A stretch of DNA of 64,000 nucleotides from Callorhinchus milii (GCF_018977255.1 NW_024704743.1:97342001-97406000), one strand, 5' to 3'; numbered from the stretch's first letter, positions 13,509 to 25,806 are shown. The notes: generated by a model not told the origin, from the letters alone. A program made the numbers and translations.

Positions 13509-14079
13509 GTGAGTCTGGATACTTATCAAAATATTCAGAGTGATCATAAATGCAAACTGTTCAAGGAGGAAACAGTTGGCAGGTGAAGAAGCAGATGAAC
13601 CATTTTAACAATGTAATGTCATTTATAATAATGTAGCACCTCTAATGTTGAAACATCTCAAAGATTTTATAAAGTGTGGTGACTGTGTATTTGTAGGTGA
13701 ATGTGGCAGTCAATTTTCACACAATGCCCCACAAACAGTCATGGATTAAATGCATTGCACCCTGCCTTCTCTCCAGTGAAATCCTGTCAAAACCTGTCTT
13801 TGATTACCCTACCTCTCTTCCCGTACATTCTCTACAAAATACTTTGAGATGTTTTCCTTTGTGAAAGACACTATATAAGTGCAAGTTAGTTTGGTGATTC
13901 AGCGCCTTGGGACGTCCTCCCGACGTGAAAGGCGCTCTATAAATGGAATCTTGTTGTTGTTGTTGTTGTGTTTGATCTACAGCATGCATTTTTTTTTCAT
14001 TAGTCAATGAAAAAGATTTTTCTCTGATCAGAAAGTTAAGCATCAGCATGAAATTAACAGCCTAATTTGTTTGTTTCAG

Positions 14080-14155
14080 ATGCTGCAGCTGTGAAGAATT
14101 TCTTTTTTTACCTGATTATTCTGACTCTCTGTGTATGTGTTGCTGTGTTTGTAAG
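14080..14155 (+). CDS. TMEM71: TMEM71 coding exon 6, transmembrane helix 1 (NFFFYLIILTLCVCVAVFVR)
   Basis: tttcag/gtacag boundaries, 76 nt, hydrophobic, frame-consistent. Confidence 0.88.
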
Positions 14156-14189
14156 GTACAGTAATTATGTGAACACTGATATTAAACTG

Positions 14190-14885
14190 CCTCCGCTTAA
14201 CTGTCTCCGACCTTCTGCATGTCCCTCATGCCCTCCATTCAACCATTAGTGGCTGCGCATTCCCCAAAACTCTGGAACACTCTTCCTCTATCCCTCTGCC
14301 TTCCTTGTCCCTTCCTTCCCCATATTCATGTTGCTCCTGGAGAGCTTCCTGTTTGACCGTGCCTACTGTCATCTCCCCCCGGCTTGGAGTCATGCTCCGC
14401 CACGGTCAAGTGTTCTGGGACTCTAGCCTGTGTGAGGGGCGCTATATAAATGCAAATTATTGTTGTTTCAGACTCTTGTTCCAAATGTGTGCAATTTATT
14501 GATTATCAATATCCTCGTTCAGCTATAAATGACTTCATGCTCAAGCACCTCTCCACCTCTCCAACCTGCTCACACCCCTCTCCTCTACCCAGGTCCTTCG
14601 CTGAGCTGGCTCTGGCTTTCTGCACATCCCTTGTTCTCTCCACTCTATTGTTGGCTGTACTTTCAGTTTGCCTCGAAACTCTGGAACACTGTGCCTCAAT
14701 CCCTATTTCCTTGCACCTTCTTTGCTAGTCTTCAGATTGCAGCTGAAGTCCTTCCTATTCGACTGTACCGAGGGCTCCTCCCCCCACTCCCTCCCCCACT
14801 CTGGCAAGATCTCTTGCTTCACCGCTGTTAAGGTCGCTTCGAAACGCTATCGCACGTGAAGGGAGCTATATAAATGCAAACGTTG
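14190..14885 (+). mobile_element. Two old L2 3' ends in tandem
   Basis: aaactctggaacac motifs and degenerate tails (gcgctatataaatgcaa). Confidence 0.7.
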
Positions 14886-14919
14886 CATGTAGTAACCTTT
14901 TGCTTTGGCTTTCTTGCAG

Positions 14920-14984
14920 GTGGTTCTCAGGGGGACTAGGTACGACTTTGCTCACCTCTACACTAGTGTTTACAGCTGTGCTGT
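14920..14984 (+). CDS. TMEM71: TMEM71 coding exon 7, transmembrane helix 2 (WFSGGLGTTLLTSTLVFTAVL)
   Basis: ttgcag/gtaagt boundaries; junction gives R-W-F-x-G as in TMEM71 (ARWFMG). Confidence 0.88.
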
Positions 14985-15092
14985 GTAAGTACAACTTGTT
15001 TCATTTTCTGCTGACTCTTTGGCACACAGGCCTTTAAGTGATAAACAATGTAGAGTAGAGGTAACTAAATTCTGATCTGCAATATTTTACAG

Positions 15093-15160
15093 ATACAGCA
15101 AAATCTGCATTTCCTTCTGGTGTTAAAACCCATGACATCCTACGTCCTACACAAACAGAG
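15093..15160 (+). CDS. TMEM71: TMEM71 coding exon 8 (YTAKSAFPSGVKTHDILRPTQTE)
   Basis: tttacag/gtaggt boundaries, phase 1->0, open frame. Confidence 0.75.
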
Positions 15161-15333
15161 GTAGGTGTGCATTTTATGATTATTTTGGGTCAGAGAACAA
15201 GTGTTGGCCTTCCAACCGGAGTTCAGGCTCTCTTAGATCCTCTGGGTTGATTTGCCATTAGAATTGTAGAATATTACAGCACAGACAAAGGCTATTTGAA
15301 CTATCAATCCCTCAAGTATCCCTCAAGTATCAA

Positions 15334-15692
15334 TCCTGTAGCTCAGTGGTTAGAGAACTCACCTCGCAAGAAAGAGATCTGATTTTGATTCCCGGCAGGG
15401 CAAAATTTTGGACAAGTTTCCTTCCTCCACATGCCTGTTTACTTAGTAGTAAGTAGGAACCCAGTTAGTCGATTGGTGGGTTGCTTTTCCAGGAATAATA
15501 ATCCTTAAAAAAAATTTGGTCCCTTAATCCACAACTGTTTGTGGGACACTGCTGTGTGCAATTGGCTGTCGCGTTTCACCCACAAATATACAATCAATTC
15601 ACTGTACTGTATTTTCTGCGAAGCGCTTTGAGACGTCTCTAAGACGTGATAAGGCGCTATATCAAATGCAAGGATTACCATTATTATTTATT
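15334..15692 (+). mobile_element. tRNA-derived SINE, same family as 60430..60745; also 34551-34833, 31760-31955 and several tails
   Basis: tagctcagtggttagag head, shared body and tail. Confidence 0.85.
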
Positions 15693-17393
15693 AGAGTATT
15701 ACTGATTAAGAGACCGAGCTTATTTGAGGCTAGTTTTGAAACATTTATTTTTGAAGTTTGAGGACATATAGCTTGAACTATCGCTTCATTCTGCTCTGAC
15801 TCTTCTAACTTTGTTTGGTGGACAAAGAACTGAGCAGTATTTCAATGCAGTTTCAATTGTGCCCACTTGGTGCCACTGAGCACTGGTGGTTGCAATTGGG
15901 AACTGGAGAAGTGAACATAGCAGCTCAGGCTTGTTGCATGTAAGAACATTTTCTTATGAGGTACTAAATCTTAGAGGTTCAGATGCTTCTCAATGTTAAA
16001 CTGAGGCCCTGTCTGCCCGTTCAGGTGGATGTTAAAGGTCCCATGGCATGTTGTCCTATGTTGAAAAAGAGAAGGGAGTTTCTCCTGGTGTCCTGGCCAA
16101 CAATCTCCCTAAACAAAAATGATCAATCACTCCAAGACTAGAAGACATGAAAAGCGCTACATCAAATGCAAAGATTATTATAAGTACAGTCAGAGATACT
16201 AGGGATTTACACTTAAGGATTATTTTTATAATTATTATTAAATAATCCAACCTTAATTCTAACTGGTGATAAAGCTATTGCAGTATTTAAATGTTAACAT
16301 ATATCTCGGGGAAGGAAAATTTGCCTATAGATTTCGTAGTCACTATTCTTTACAATAAATTCTGGTAAACACTTTTGAGATGTGAAAGGCATTGTATCAA
16401 ATGTAGGGATTATAGGTTGTTATAAATTTCATATAGATTTAATGGATGTTACTGATTAGTGCTAAACAATCAGAATTAACACTGAATACCGCAAAGTTGC
16501 AATGGACTAACTGGTCAAAAGGAGATGAGTGCAATTTAAAACATTTAGAAAGATAATGGATAGCTACGATTTCTGTCAATGCAGACTCAACAAAAAAAGG
16601 GTTTATATTGTATTCTCCGATGGCTCGGTGAGTTTATCCAGTGGGTGTCTGAATCATATAGGTTCCATTCGTAACCTCTGGCCTGTGCTGGAGCTGCAAT
16701 TGGCATGAATTCTCTGGATTGAGTAGGGAAATCAGCCAGGGTTCCTGCTCCTTGTCACAAGAATTCACCGTTCCAGGTTGACAGTCCAGTGCAGTGGAGG
16801 AGAAGGATTGCATTGTGGCAGGTGCCATCCTACAGATCCTTCAGAGAGATTTAAACCGAGATCCTGTCTGCTTGTTCAGATGGATGTTAAAGAATCCCGT
16901 GACACTATTTCAAAAAGTGAAGTCCTGTTCTCCAGATGAATGGATCATTCTCCTTCTCTTTGTGGAAAGTTGCTGTATGTAAATTAGGTGCCATATTTGC
17001 ACATACACATTCACTACACTTAATGGTAATTGTGATACTGTGCTTTAGAGAAGTTTTAACATTATCAGTGGTACGTCAAAAGGAAGGATCATTATCCAAT
17101 ATCCCTTGTTGGAGAACGTTGTATGAGGGCCAGGACAGGACTGGACTCTGCTCTGATGCACACCCATTATCGAGCAAGTTACTGAAACTTGAATCATGCC
17201 CCACGCATGAGTATTGGCTACTTTAGCGAGTTAAAATGGTGATCAGAGCACATGAAAGCATAGCCCCAGGAAGAAGTCTTCTGGAAGTGAAGGCAGATTT
17301 TTCTTAAAAACTTGACTTTGGAAAATATATCTATTATGTGTTAATCATCACTTTAAATTGTAACACTGCTGCTGTGTATTTCTTGTTTTCAAG

Positions 17394-17417
17394 GAAATTA
17401 CTTCAAAGAATGATTAA
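17394..17417 (+). CDS. TMEM71: TMEM71 probable last coding micro-exon (EITSKND*); exon ends at 17420
   Basis: Polypyrimidine tract + aag acceptor, in-frame TAA at 17415-17417, strong gtgagt donor at 17421. Confidence 0.6.
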   Translation, partial: EITSKND

Positions 17418-18926
17418 AAAGTGAGTGTTAAACAGTTTATTAACTCATTGCAAATGCTGGTTTACTGAATGATGGGCAGGAATGCTTCCCCTAGACACAT
17501 CGCTGTTGGAAATGTTTCATATCTTAAGATAAGTGGATAATCATGTAAAGTAGGGTTTAATTTGAGATGTTGTGCAACAAAACTCCTTTGTAAGGAATCT
17601 GTCCTGTAATGTTGCGATGTTCACTGTAGCATGTTAGTTATAGCCTACTTAGCCACTGTAGTTTTGTAGGCAGGCACTGGCTTGCTTATGTCTCCTGCCC
17701 TGCCAACCCCAGGATTGGTGGTCGAGCTCTCAGCCTACCTACCCCCACTCTCTGGAACTCCTTGGCTTCACCCTTTCCCTCCACTCCTTCTCAATTCTGT
17801 CTGAATACCTGCCTCGTTAACTGTACCTTCAGTCATCTTGCTTCCCCCCCCCCCCCCAACCCTCCCAAATCCAATCCCCAACTCAGGTGTAACCCCTTGA
17901 TTATTGCAATGCCTTGGGATGATCTCCCGATGTGAATGGTGCTAAATAAATGTAACATTGTTGTTGTATGATATTGTAGCAACAGTTTGGAATATTCTGG
18001 TAACTTTTATTTTTGTCTGAAACAGATCTTAATTTTTTAAAAAATTGACTTGCTATTGCATATGGGACAATCAACCAGGAAGCTGGGAAAAAAAGACCGA
18101 TGGACCTTATTAACAAGATAAAGGGAAATCAAGCTACGAGAAGCAAATCTTTGACCCTTTCTTCGGTTCATAGTCAGGATGAGGATCAGGAAGACAAGTA
18201 ATGTCAATGATCATGGTGCCGTGTTTAATTGAGAAGATAACTGAGCACCTAATATCCTTCTGCTCTCTCCCAACACAGATTGAAATTATTTTTACCTTTT
18301 TTAAAAAAGCACATACTAAAACAACTTGAGGGAAGGGTTGGGGGCAATTCCCTGTCAGAACAGTGCAGGTTGAAGACCACTTTAATCCTCCAAAATCAGT
18401 CAAGGAACAGCAAATCCCTCTTCCAATCACATAATCCTCCACATTCAGTTACAACAAAACTCACATTTGTGTTGTGCTTTTCACATTGAAGAATAATAGT
18501 CAATTAAACATAAAAATGAATGTTGTTAGGGAAGCAAGATAAGTGGGATGAAAAGTTCCTGTTTCTTTGAAATAGCGGCCAGTGGTGGAACGGGAGGTTT
18601 TTCTTGATCTACCTGAATCACCAAACAATAAAATCAATTTGTACAAATGTTCAAATGATGTGTTACAACCAACAGGAGTTAACCATTCTCATGGAGGTGT
18701 TGGTTACAGTGTGATTGATGCTCGTTCCTATCTACCTGCCAGAAGGGAGGCTTTGACACTACCCAGGTAGACAGCAGTCAGACGAGGTTGTGTTTTCTAC
18801 CTTTGGTTGCCTGCACCTCAGCAAGTAGGACCAACAAGGAGTTTTTTTTCCTGTTGGAATGGTTTGTTGGCAATTCCTATCCATGGCACCAGCTGAGGTA
18901 TTCCCTGCAGTTTGTAGAGTATCTCC

Positions 18927-19260
18927 AAACAACAACAACAATGTACATTTGTATAGCGCCTTTCACATCGGGAGGATATTCCAAAGCACTGGGTAGTCAG
19001 GGATTTGAACCCGAGCAGAGGGTTGGGATCAGAAGAGGCGGAGGGCAGGGAGGGCAGGGGTAGGAGGGTGGCCAAAGGTGCAGTTAAAGAGGAGGGTCTT
19101 GAGACGTGCCTTGAAGAAGGCAAGGGAAGAAGCGAGGCAAAGGGACTGTGGGATTGAGTTCCACAGGGTGGGGGCAGAGAGATTGAAGCCCCGACTGGTG
19201 GGGCGAGCCAGGCGGGGGATGTGGAGCAGGCCAGAGCCTGATGAGTGGAGGTAGTGGACA
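18927..19260 (-). mobile_element. L2 LINE 3' end
   Basis: Tail stem-loop + (TTG)n; similar to the other L2 copies. Confidence 0.85.
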
Positions 19261-19420
19261 AGTTGATATGGGAAATACAGAGAAAAGACAGCTATTTAAA
19301 TATTTCCCACAAGTAATTTTTNCTCCCCAATTTGACAAAGACGCACACAGAATTGAAAGATATTTCCCCTACAGTTATATTCTTTAAAATAATTCTCTAT
19401 TCCTGTGATTTTTTAAACAG

Positions 19421-20212
19421 ATATGTGTGACTATATATTGATAATAAAAAATCTATTTTAAAATGTATTTTATGTAGAGTAAAAATACTGTAATGCCCTA
19501 ATGAAATTCTGTAGATGAGGACAACTCTGATCCATGTGAGGAATATTCCATAGAATCAGAAGCACTGAATGGGACAAAGTCAGAATGTTATTGGACATAG
19601 TCTTTTAGGGTTTATATTGCTATTTCAAAGTACAGAAGTGTACTGAGGATGATGAGATGTGTAGGCAGATATATTGTCATTTGTACTGGTCGCCATTTAA
19701 GTTAAATGCAGGTGTTCTAATGGTGGGGGGAAGAGAAATGTGACACTTGTTACAATTAACACCAGTTAATAAGACAGTATCTGCACCTTAAAATACAGTG
19801 CTCCACAGCTGGAAAGAATGGCACCTCTCAATACAAAGTTGGTTGAGATCAGATATTTTGAGCAGCCTTTGAGCCCAACTATAGCTTGATAGCTTTTGAC
19901 TGAATTGTTGTTTAATGTGATAATAACCACATCATATATTGCCTTTTCTCACACCTCCTAGTAAAGTAGACTTCAAATAAATTGCATGAAGTTGTGCGTT
20001 GTAGTAGATTTAACTCTTACAATTCAGACAGAGATTAAAGGATCACTTTCTAAACTGTAAATATCAGAAAATTGTGTGGAAAATCTTTTTATGATTAAGA
20101 AATGTCATAACAAAAATAAAATTACTAAATGTTGTTGAGGCTATTGTGTCCTGATTATATGCAACTTTATTTATGCATTTTTATATGATTGTATTAAATG
20201 AGATGAATAAAA
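19421..20212 (+). other. TMEM71: Probable non-coding terminal (3'UTR) exon of TMEM71
   Basis: ttttttaaacag acceptor at 19420, AT-rich sequence free of recognisable TEs, several AATAAA near 19977, 20115 and 20207; 3' end uncertain. Confidence 0.45.
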
Positions 20213-21039
20213 ACTAACAGGTCTATTTGATAACTTATTGGAAGCTATGAATACGTAAAGCTACAGTAAATGTGCAAAGGCAGTGTTCTATGTAGATACA
20301 TTAAATAACAATGGATAGATTATCATCTTGCTCAATCTTTGGATCCCCAAGCAAAACAAATGTAAAGTAGGATCACAAAAAGAGCTGAAACCACAGAGTC
20401 AGGCCAGTGTAGAGAGGACAGAACAAAAGGTAATGTGGCACATCCCTACCTCCCTTCCCAATACCAGCTCCTCTGAACTCCTCAACAGATTTAAACTGGT
20501 CATTGGGAGTCAATAGGACAGTTCCTGCTGTAATGAATTTACTGGAAAACAAATAAAGTGGATACATTCTTTTCTTGGACTTGTTTTTGATGTGTTTACC
20601 ACATTGCCAGAGATAAATGATGAAAAACAGTAGGATTGGTGTCCTTTAATGACAATAAATCACCGAGAGACAATAAATCACTTGAGGCAAAAAATAGAAG
20701 ATTATTCGACTAGGTCAAATCTGGATCCCAAGGGCATTTCCCTGAAAATGAGTGTTATGTTACTACTCACGTAATTCAGAAATATAAACAATAATTAAAG
20801 CCTAATCCTACATTCTATTCTTGTGTTATGCTTGATATCTAATGCTATCTGATGGTTGCGGTGTGCACAGGGGCTATAACAACTTCACTTCAAAGCCGTT
20901 TCTTCAACATGCTTAAGTACTTCAGGAAAAGTTTGTAACCTGCCCCACTTCCTTTTCCTCTGATCTAACTAGCTCAATGGGGAAAGTACACTGAAGTGTA
21001 ATACATGAGCAATTTGTGTGTGTGGAGACTCCCGCTAGA

Positions 21040-22070
21040 ATGATAAGAATCATACAGCACAGAAGGAGGCCATTCAGCCCATCGTGTCTGTGCCGGCTCT
21101 TTGAAAAGACCTATTCAATTCAATCCCACTCCCCCGCTCTCTCCCCATAGCCCTGCAGACTTGTCCTCCCCAAATAATTATCTGCTCTCTTAAAAGTTGT
21201 GATCGAATCAGCTTCCACCAACCTTTCAGGCAATGCATTCCAGATCCGAACAACTTGCCGTGTGAAAACATTTCTCACCTCACCTCTGTTTCTTTTAACT
21301 ATTTTAAATTGGTGTCCTCGGGTTACAAACTGACCCATCACTGGAAATAATTTCTCCTTGTTCACCCTATCGAATCCCCTCAGAATTTTGAAAACTTCTA
21401 TTAAGTCTCCTCTTAAACTTCTCTGCTCCAAGGAGAATAACCCTAGCTTCTCTAGTTTATCCTGATAACTGAAGTCCCTCATTCCAGTTACCATCCTGGT
21501 AAATCTCCTTTGCACCCTCTGCTATGTCTTGACATCCTTCCTAAAGTATGGTGTCCAGAACTGAAAACAGTGCTCTAGCTGAGGCCTAGCCAGTGTTTTA
21601 TAAAGGTTTATCATTGACTTTTGTATTTTATGGCCCTATTTATTAAGCCTAGTAACCCGTATGCTTTTTACCAGCTTTATCTACCTGTTCTGCCACCTTC
21701 AAATATTTATTTATATGAATCCCCAGGTCTCTCTGTTCCTTCACCCCCTTTAAGATTGTACCATCAGCTTATATTGCCTCTCTTCATTCTTCCTTCCAAA
21801 ATGAATCACTTCACATTTCACCACATTAAACTTCATCTGCCACATGTCTGCCCATTTTACCAGTCTGTCTATGTCCATTTGCAGTCTGCTACTATCCTCC
21901 TCACTGTTTACTACTTTTTCTAGCTTAGTATCTATCATCTGCAAAATTGGAAATTGTACTCCCAATACCCAAGTCCAGGTCATTTATATAGATCAAAAAG
22001 CACGGTGGTCCCAATACTGACCCCTGGGGAACACGAATCACAATTCCTCCAGTCAGAAAAATAACCATTT
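21040..22070 (-). mobile_element. CR1-clade LINE 3' portion
   Basis: VPQGSVLGP region, LQMDIDRLVKWADMWQMKFNVVKCEVIHFG, QRRFTRMV...LGLFSLEQRSLRGDLIEVFKI, TRGH; tail gaatggcctccttctgtgctgtatgattct. Confidence 0.93.
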
Positions 22071-22826
22071 TTGACACCTAGCGCATTTACCAATGTCGTG
22101 CTGAGCAGCCATGTGATGCCCATAGCTCCCTGCCTCATTAGTAAATGAACTAGGAATCTAACAGGAGTCTAAACACAGTCCTGTGAAAATATTTGGTCCA
22201 GGTCAATGAACCAACAAACCCTTACTCAGAGGACACCCTTATATAAACATGACTTTGGTCCAGGCCCCTGAATGGATGATGAGAACAGGTTTGACTGCAT
22301 TTCCATTTCAGAATACTTTCCATGTAATGAACTGTAGGAATTCATGTACAGTTGTTTAGGATGCTGAACATGTTAAACATGAGGAAATAAAGACGTTTAG
22401 GATCTGTACAGTGAAATCAGTTAAATTATAATTAGTGAATTTTGAACATGTTGCATTTATACTGAATTAGTCCATTGATGAGTGAAATAGAATACATGAT
22501 TTCCATTTTGTGATTGAGAACAGGCCAATAAGACCTAAAGTTTGCATTAAATGTGCCAAGCAAATCACAATGTTTGTGAGTTTAATAGATGCAGAGATGG
22601 AGGATTAAATAAGATTCTTGACTATCAAAATTCATAAATAAAGCTTTTTTTTAAAATTAGGACTTCACAACCAATCCACAATTACATATTTTTTAGTCTG
22701 TAGGGATGTCCGTCATCTGTATAAACCCATTACCATAAAATAAATTCAACTTGAATATCACCTTAGATGAAAAGAAACGTTTCATGTTGGTTCAAGTTTA
22801 GTTTTTCTCCATCTCTAGTGTTTTTT

Positions 22827-22847
22827 AAAAAAGGCCGACAGCACCTG
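22827..22847 (-). pseudogene. 3'-end remnant of a 5S gene
   Basis: Reverse complement CAGGTGCTGTCGGCCTTTTTT, followed by a flank similar to the 3' flank of copy C (gaaaaactaaact..aaccaacatgaa..gtttcttttcat). Confidence 0.7.
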
Positions 22848-23249
22848 ACCTAAAGTTTACATTCAATTTGCCAAAACAAATCACAATGTTTGTGAGCTTA
22901 ATAGATGCAGAGATGGAGGATTAAATAAGATTCTTGACTATCAAAACTCATACATAAAGTTTCTTGTGATAATTTTTTTAAAATTCGGACAAAACAACCA
23001 AACCACAAGGAATCAATGACATATTTTTTGGTCCGTAGGTTGTCCGTCATCTGTAGAAACCCACTGCCATACTTCAGAGTATCCAAACTGGCTTGAAGGT
23101 GACATATTGGATAATGTAAGGTCAGAATTGAGCAAACGCTCATCATGATATGAAGAGAATTTGACTGGAATTCCAGCTTAAATGAAAAGGAATGTTGTAT
23201 GTGTGTTGAAAATGAGTTTTTCTCCATGTCTGGTGTTGGTTGAAAGAAA

Positions 23250-23368
23250 AAGCCTACAGCACCTGGTATTCCCAGGCGGTCTCCATCCAAGTACTAACCA
23301 GGCCTGACCCTGCTTAGCTTCCGAGATCAGACGAGATCGGGCGTGTTCAGGGTAGTATGGCCGTAGGC
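23250..23368 (-). rRNA. 5S rRNA gene copy A (119 nt; one G missing in box C)
   Basis: Reverse complement reads GCCTACGGCCATACTACCCTGAAC...GGTGCTGTAGGCTT followed by a T-run; box C reads TGGATGGAG instead of TGGATGGGAG. Confidence 0.9.
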
Positions 23369-23520
23369 ATTAGAGCATCAGAATGGACAACACTTAAACC
23401 ACTACAGCTTCTGGGTCCAAGGAAATGTCGCGTCATCTGTAGAAACCCACTGCCATACATCAGAGTATCCAAACCAGATATATCCACCTTGGGGGGGGGA
23501 TGTAAGTGGGGTCTGTTTAT

Positions 23521-24713
23521 TGTAATGGTCCGTTGACGGATCTGGCTGGACCACATCAAAACATACCGCCTCTGCCGTCACCTCCAGCAAATCATCCTTC
23601 TGGTCCAAAATAATCTGGGAGGCCAAGGACAACCCCAGGCTTCTCGTCTCCACCACCAACCTTCTAACTCCTCGCCCATCTTCACCTCCAATGCCAACAG
23701 CCAGGAAATGCTGGACTTCCTCAAAACCAAAATCAAGAGGATCCGCTCAGTTGCCTTTGCCCTCCCAACCGCTAGCACTTCCACATCCCTTCCTCCACAC
23801 CTTCTAACCTGTCTTCCCCTCTCGCAACACATTATAATCCACATGAAACTCACCACCTGCTCCCTTGATCGCATCGATACCCCTCTCCTTACCTCCCAGC
23901 TCCATCTCTTTCCTTCATTCACCAACATCATTAACCTCTTCCTGTCAACTGGCACCATTACCACCATCTTACAAGTAGCCGGCATCATCCCTGTCCTCAA
24001 AAAACCTTCCCTGGGCCCATCTCTGCTCTCCAACAACTGCCCCATCTCCAACCTCCCTTTCCTTTCCAAACTCCTCCACCATCTCTCCTCTCACCTCAAT
24101 CTTTACATGGTTCTGTCCTTGTTCAGATCCTATCTCACAAACCGTCTCCGCTTTGTCTCCACAAACAGCTTCTCCTTCAGCCTCCGCACCAGCTCCACCC
24201 CTTTGCCCCCTACTCACAGAACAGGCCTGACCCTCCCGCTTAGCTTTCGAGATCAGACGAGATTGGGCGTGTTCAAGATAGTATGGCCATAGACATTGGA
24301 GCATCACAATTTACAACACTTCATGAGTTACACAGAATATTTGCATTTGATTTCCATTTTGTGATTGAGAACAGGACAATAGGACCTAAAGTTTGCATTC
24401 AATGTGCTAAACAAATCACAATGTTTGTGAGTTTAATAGATGCAGAGATGGAGGATTAAATAAGATTCTTGACTATCAAAACTCACACATAAAGTTTCTT
24501 CCGATAATTTTTTTTATAATTAGCTCTAAACAACCGAACTACAAGGAATCAATGACATATTTTTTGGTCCGTAGGTTGTCCGTCATCTGTAGAAACCCAC
24601 TGCCATACATCAGAGTATCCAAACCAGATATATCCACCTGGGGGGGGAGGTAAGTGGGGTCACCTTGGAGTTGAACTGGCTTGAAGGTGACATATTGGAT
24701 AATGTAAGGTCAA
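23521..24713 (-). repeat. Left arm of inverted segmental duplication (partner 27780..28948)
   Basis: Near-identical reverse complement; mirrored ORFs 23708..24292(+) and 28205..28762(-) in the ORF track. Confidence 0.92.
24222..24294 (-). pseudogene. 3'-truncated 5S pseudogene (nt 1-70 with 3-nt insertion) fused to an L2 fragment
   Basis: GTCTATGGCCATACTATCTTGAACACGCCCAATCTCG...GGGTCAGGCCTG then non-5S sequence; box C absent. Confidence 0.9.
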
Positions 24714-24738
24714 NNNNNNNNNNNNNNNNNNNNNNNNN
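24714..24738. other. Assembly gap (25 N)
   Basis: Run of n between the 5S spacer and the minisatellite. Confidence 0.99.
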
Positions 24739-25676
24739 AGTGATGGTGTTGGGGGTGTGACAGTGATGGGGTTGGTGGGTGACAGTGATGGGTTGGGGGT
24801 GTGACAGTGATGGGGTTGGTGGGTGTGACAGTGATGGGGTTGGTGGGTGTGACAGTGATGGTGTTGGTGGGTGTGACAGTGATGGGGTTGGGGGTGTGAC
24901 AGTGATGGGGTTGGTGGGTGTGACAGTGATGGGGTTGGGGGTGTGACAGTGATGGGGTTGGTGGGTGTGACAGTGATGGGTTGGGGGTGTGACAGTGATG
25001 GGTTGGGGTGTGACAGTGATGGGTTGGGGGTGACAGTGATGGGGTTGGTGGGTGTGACAGTGATGGGTTGGGGGGTGACAGTGATGGGGTTGGTGGTGTG
25101 ACAGTGATGGGGTTGGGGGTGTGACAGTGATGGGGTTGGTGGGTGTGACAGTGATGGGGTTGGGGGTGTGACAGTGATGGGGTTGGGGGTGTGACAGTGA
25201 TGGGGTTGGGGGTGTGACAGTGATGGGGTTGGTGGGTGTGACAGTGATGGGGTTGGGGGGTGTGACAGTGATGGGTTTGGGGTGTGACAGTGATGGGGTT
25301 GGGGGTGTGACAGTGATGGTGTTGGTGGGTGTGACAGTGATGGGGTTGGGGGTGTGACAGTGATGGGGTTGGTGGGTGTGACAGTGATGGGGTTGGGGGG
25401 TGTGACAGTGATGGGGTTGGTGGGTGTGACAGTGATGGGGTTGGGGGTGTGACAGTGATGGGGTTGGTGGGTGTGACAGTGATGGGGTTGGGGGGTGTTA
25501 CAGTGATGGGGTTGGGGGTGGGTGACAGTGATGGGGTTGGGGGGTGTTACAGTGATGGTGTTGGTGGGTGTGACAGTGATGGGGTTGGGGGGTGTGACAG
25601 TGATGGGGTTGGGGGGTGTGACAGTGATGGGGTTGGTGGGTGTGACAGTGATGGGGTTGGGGGGTGTGACAGTGAT
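24739..25676. repeat. G-rich minisatellite, unit ~21-24 bp (GTGACAGTGATGGGGTTGG[T/G]GGGT), about 40 visible units
   Basis: Direct reading; the array runs into the N gap on its left and abuts the LRRC6 promoter on its right. Confidence 0.97.
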
Positions 25677-25806
25677 AAACACGTCAGACCTCCGCTGCTC
25701 TGTCTTGTCCCGTCGATATTTCCGGTGTTGCGCGAGCAGATGCCCACGGTTTACCGGAAGTGTGGGGGCGGTGGACTGTGATTGCCATAGCAACAGCGGA
25801 ACAACC
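25676..25806 (+). promoter_or_regulatory. LRRC6 proximal promoter/5'UTR (CpG-rich; ETS, GC box, RFX X-box)
   Basis: CCGGAAGT 25754-25761, GGGGGCGG 25764-25771, X-box ATTGCCATAGCAAC 25781-25794, Kozak ACCATGG; forkhead-like TAAACA near 25676 and GTAAACA at 25851. Confidence 0.8.

Noticed and set aside
24739..25676. CRISPR-like array, telomeric repeat or RSS heptamer array
   Set aside because: No unique spacers, eukaryotic context, no TTAGGG; GACAGTG is not CACAGTG and no nonamers were seen
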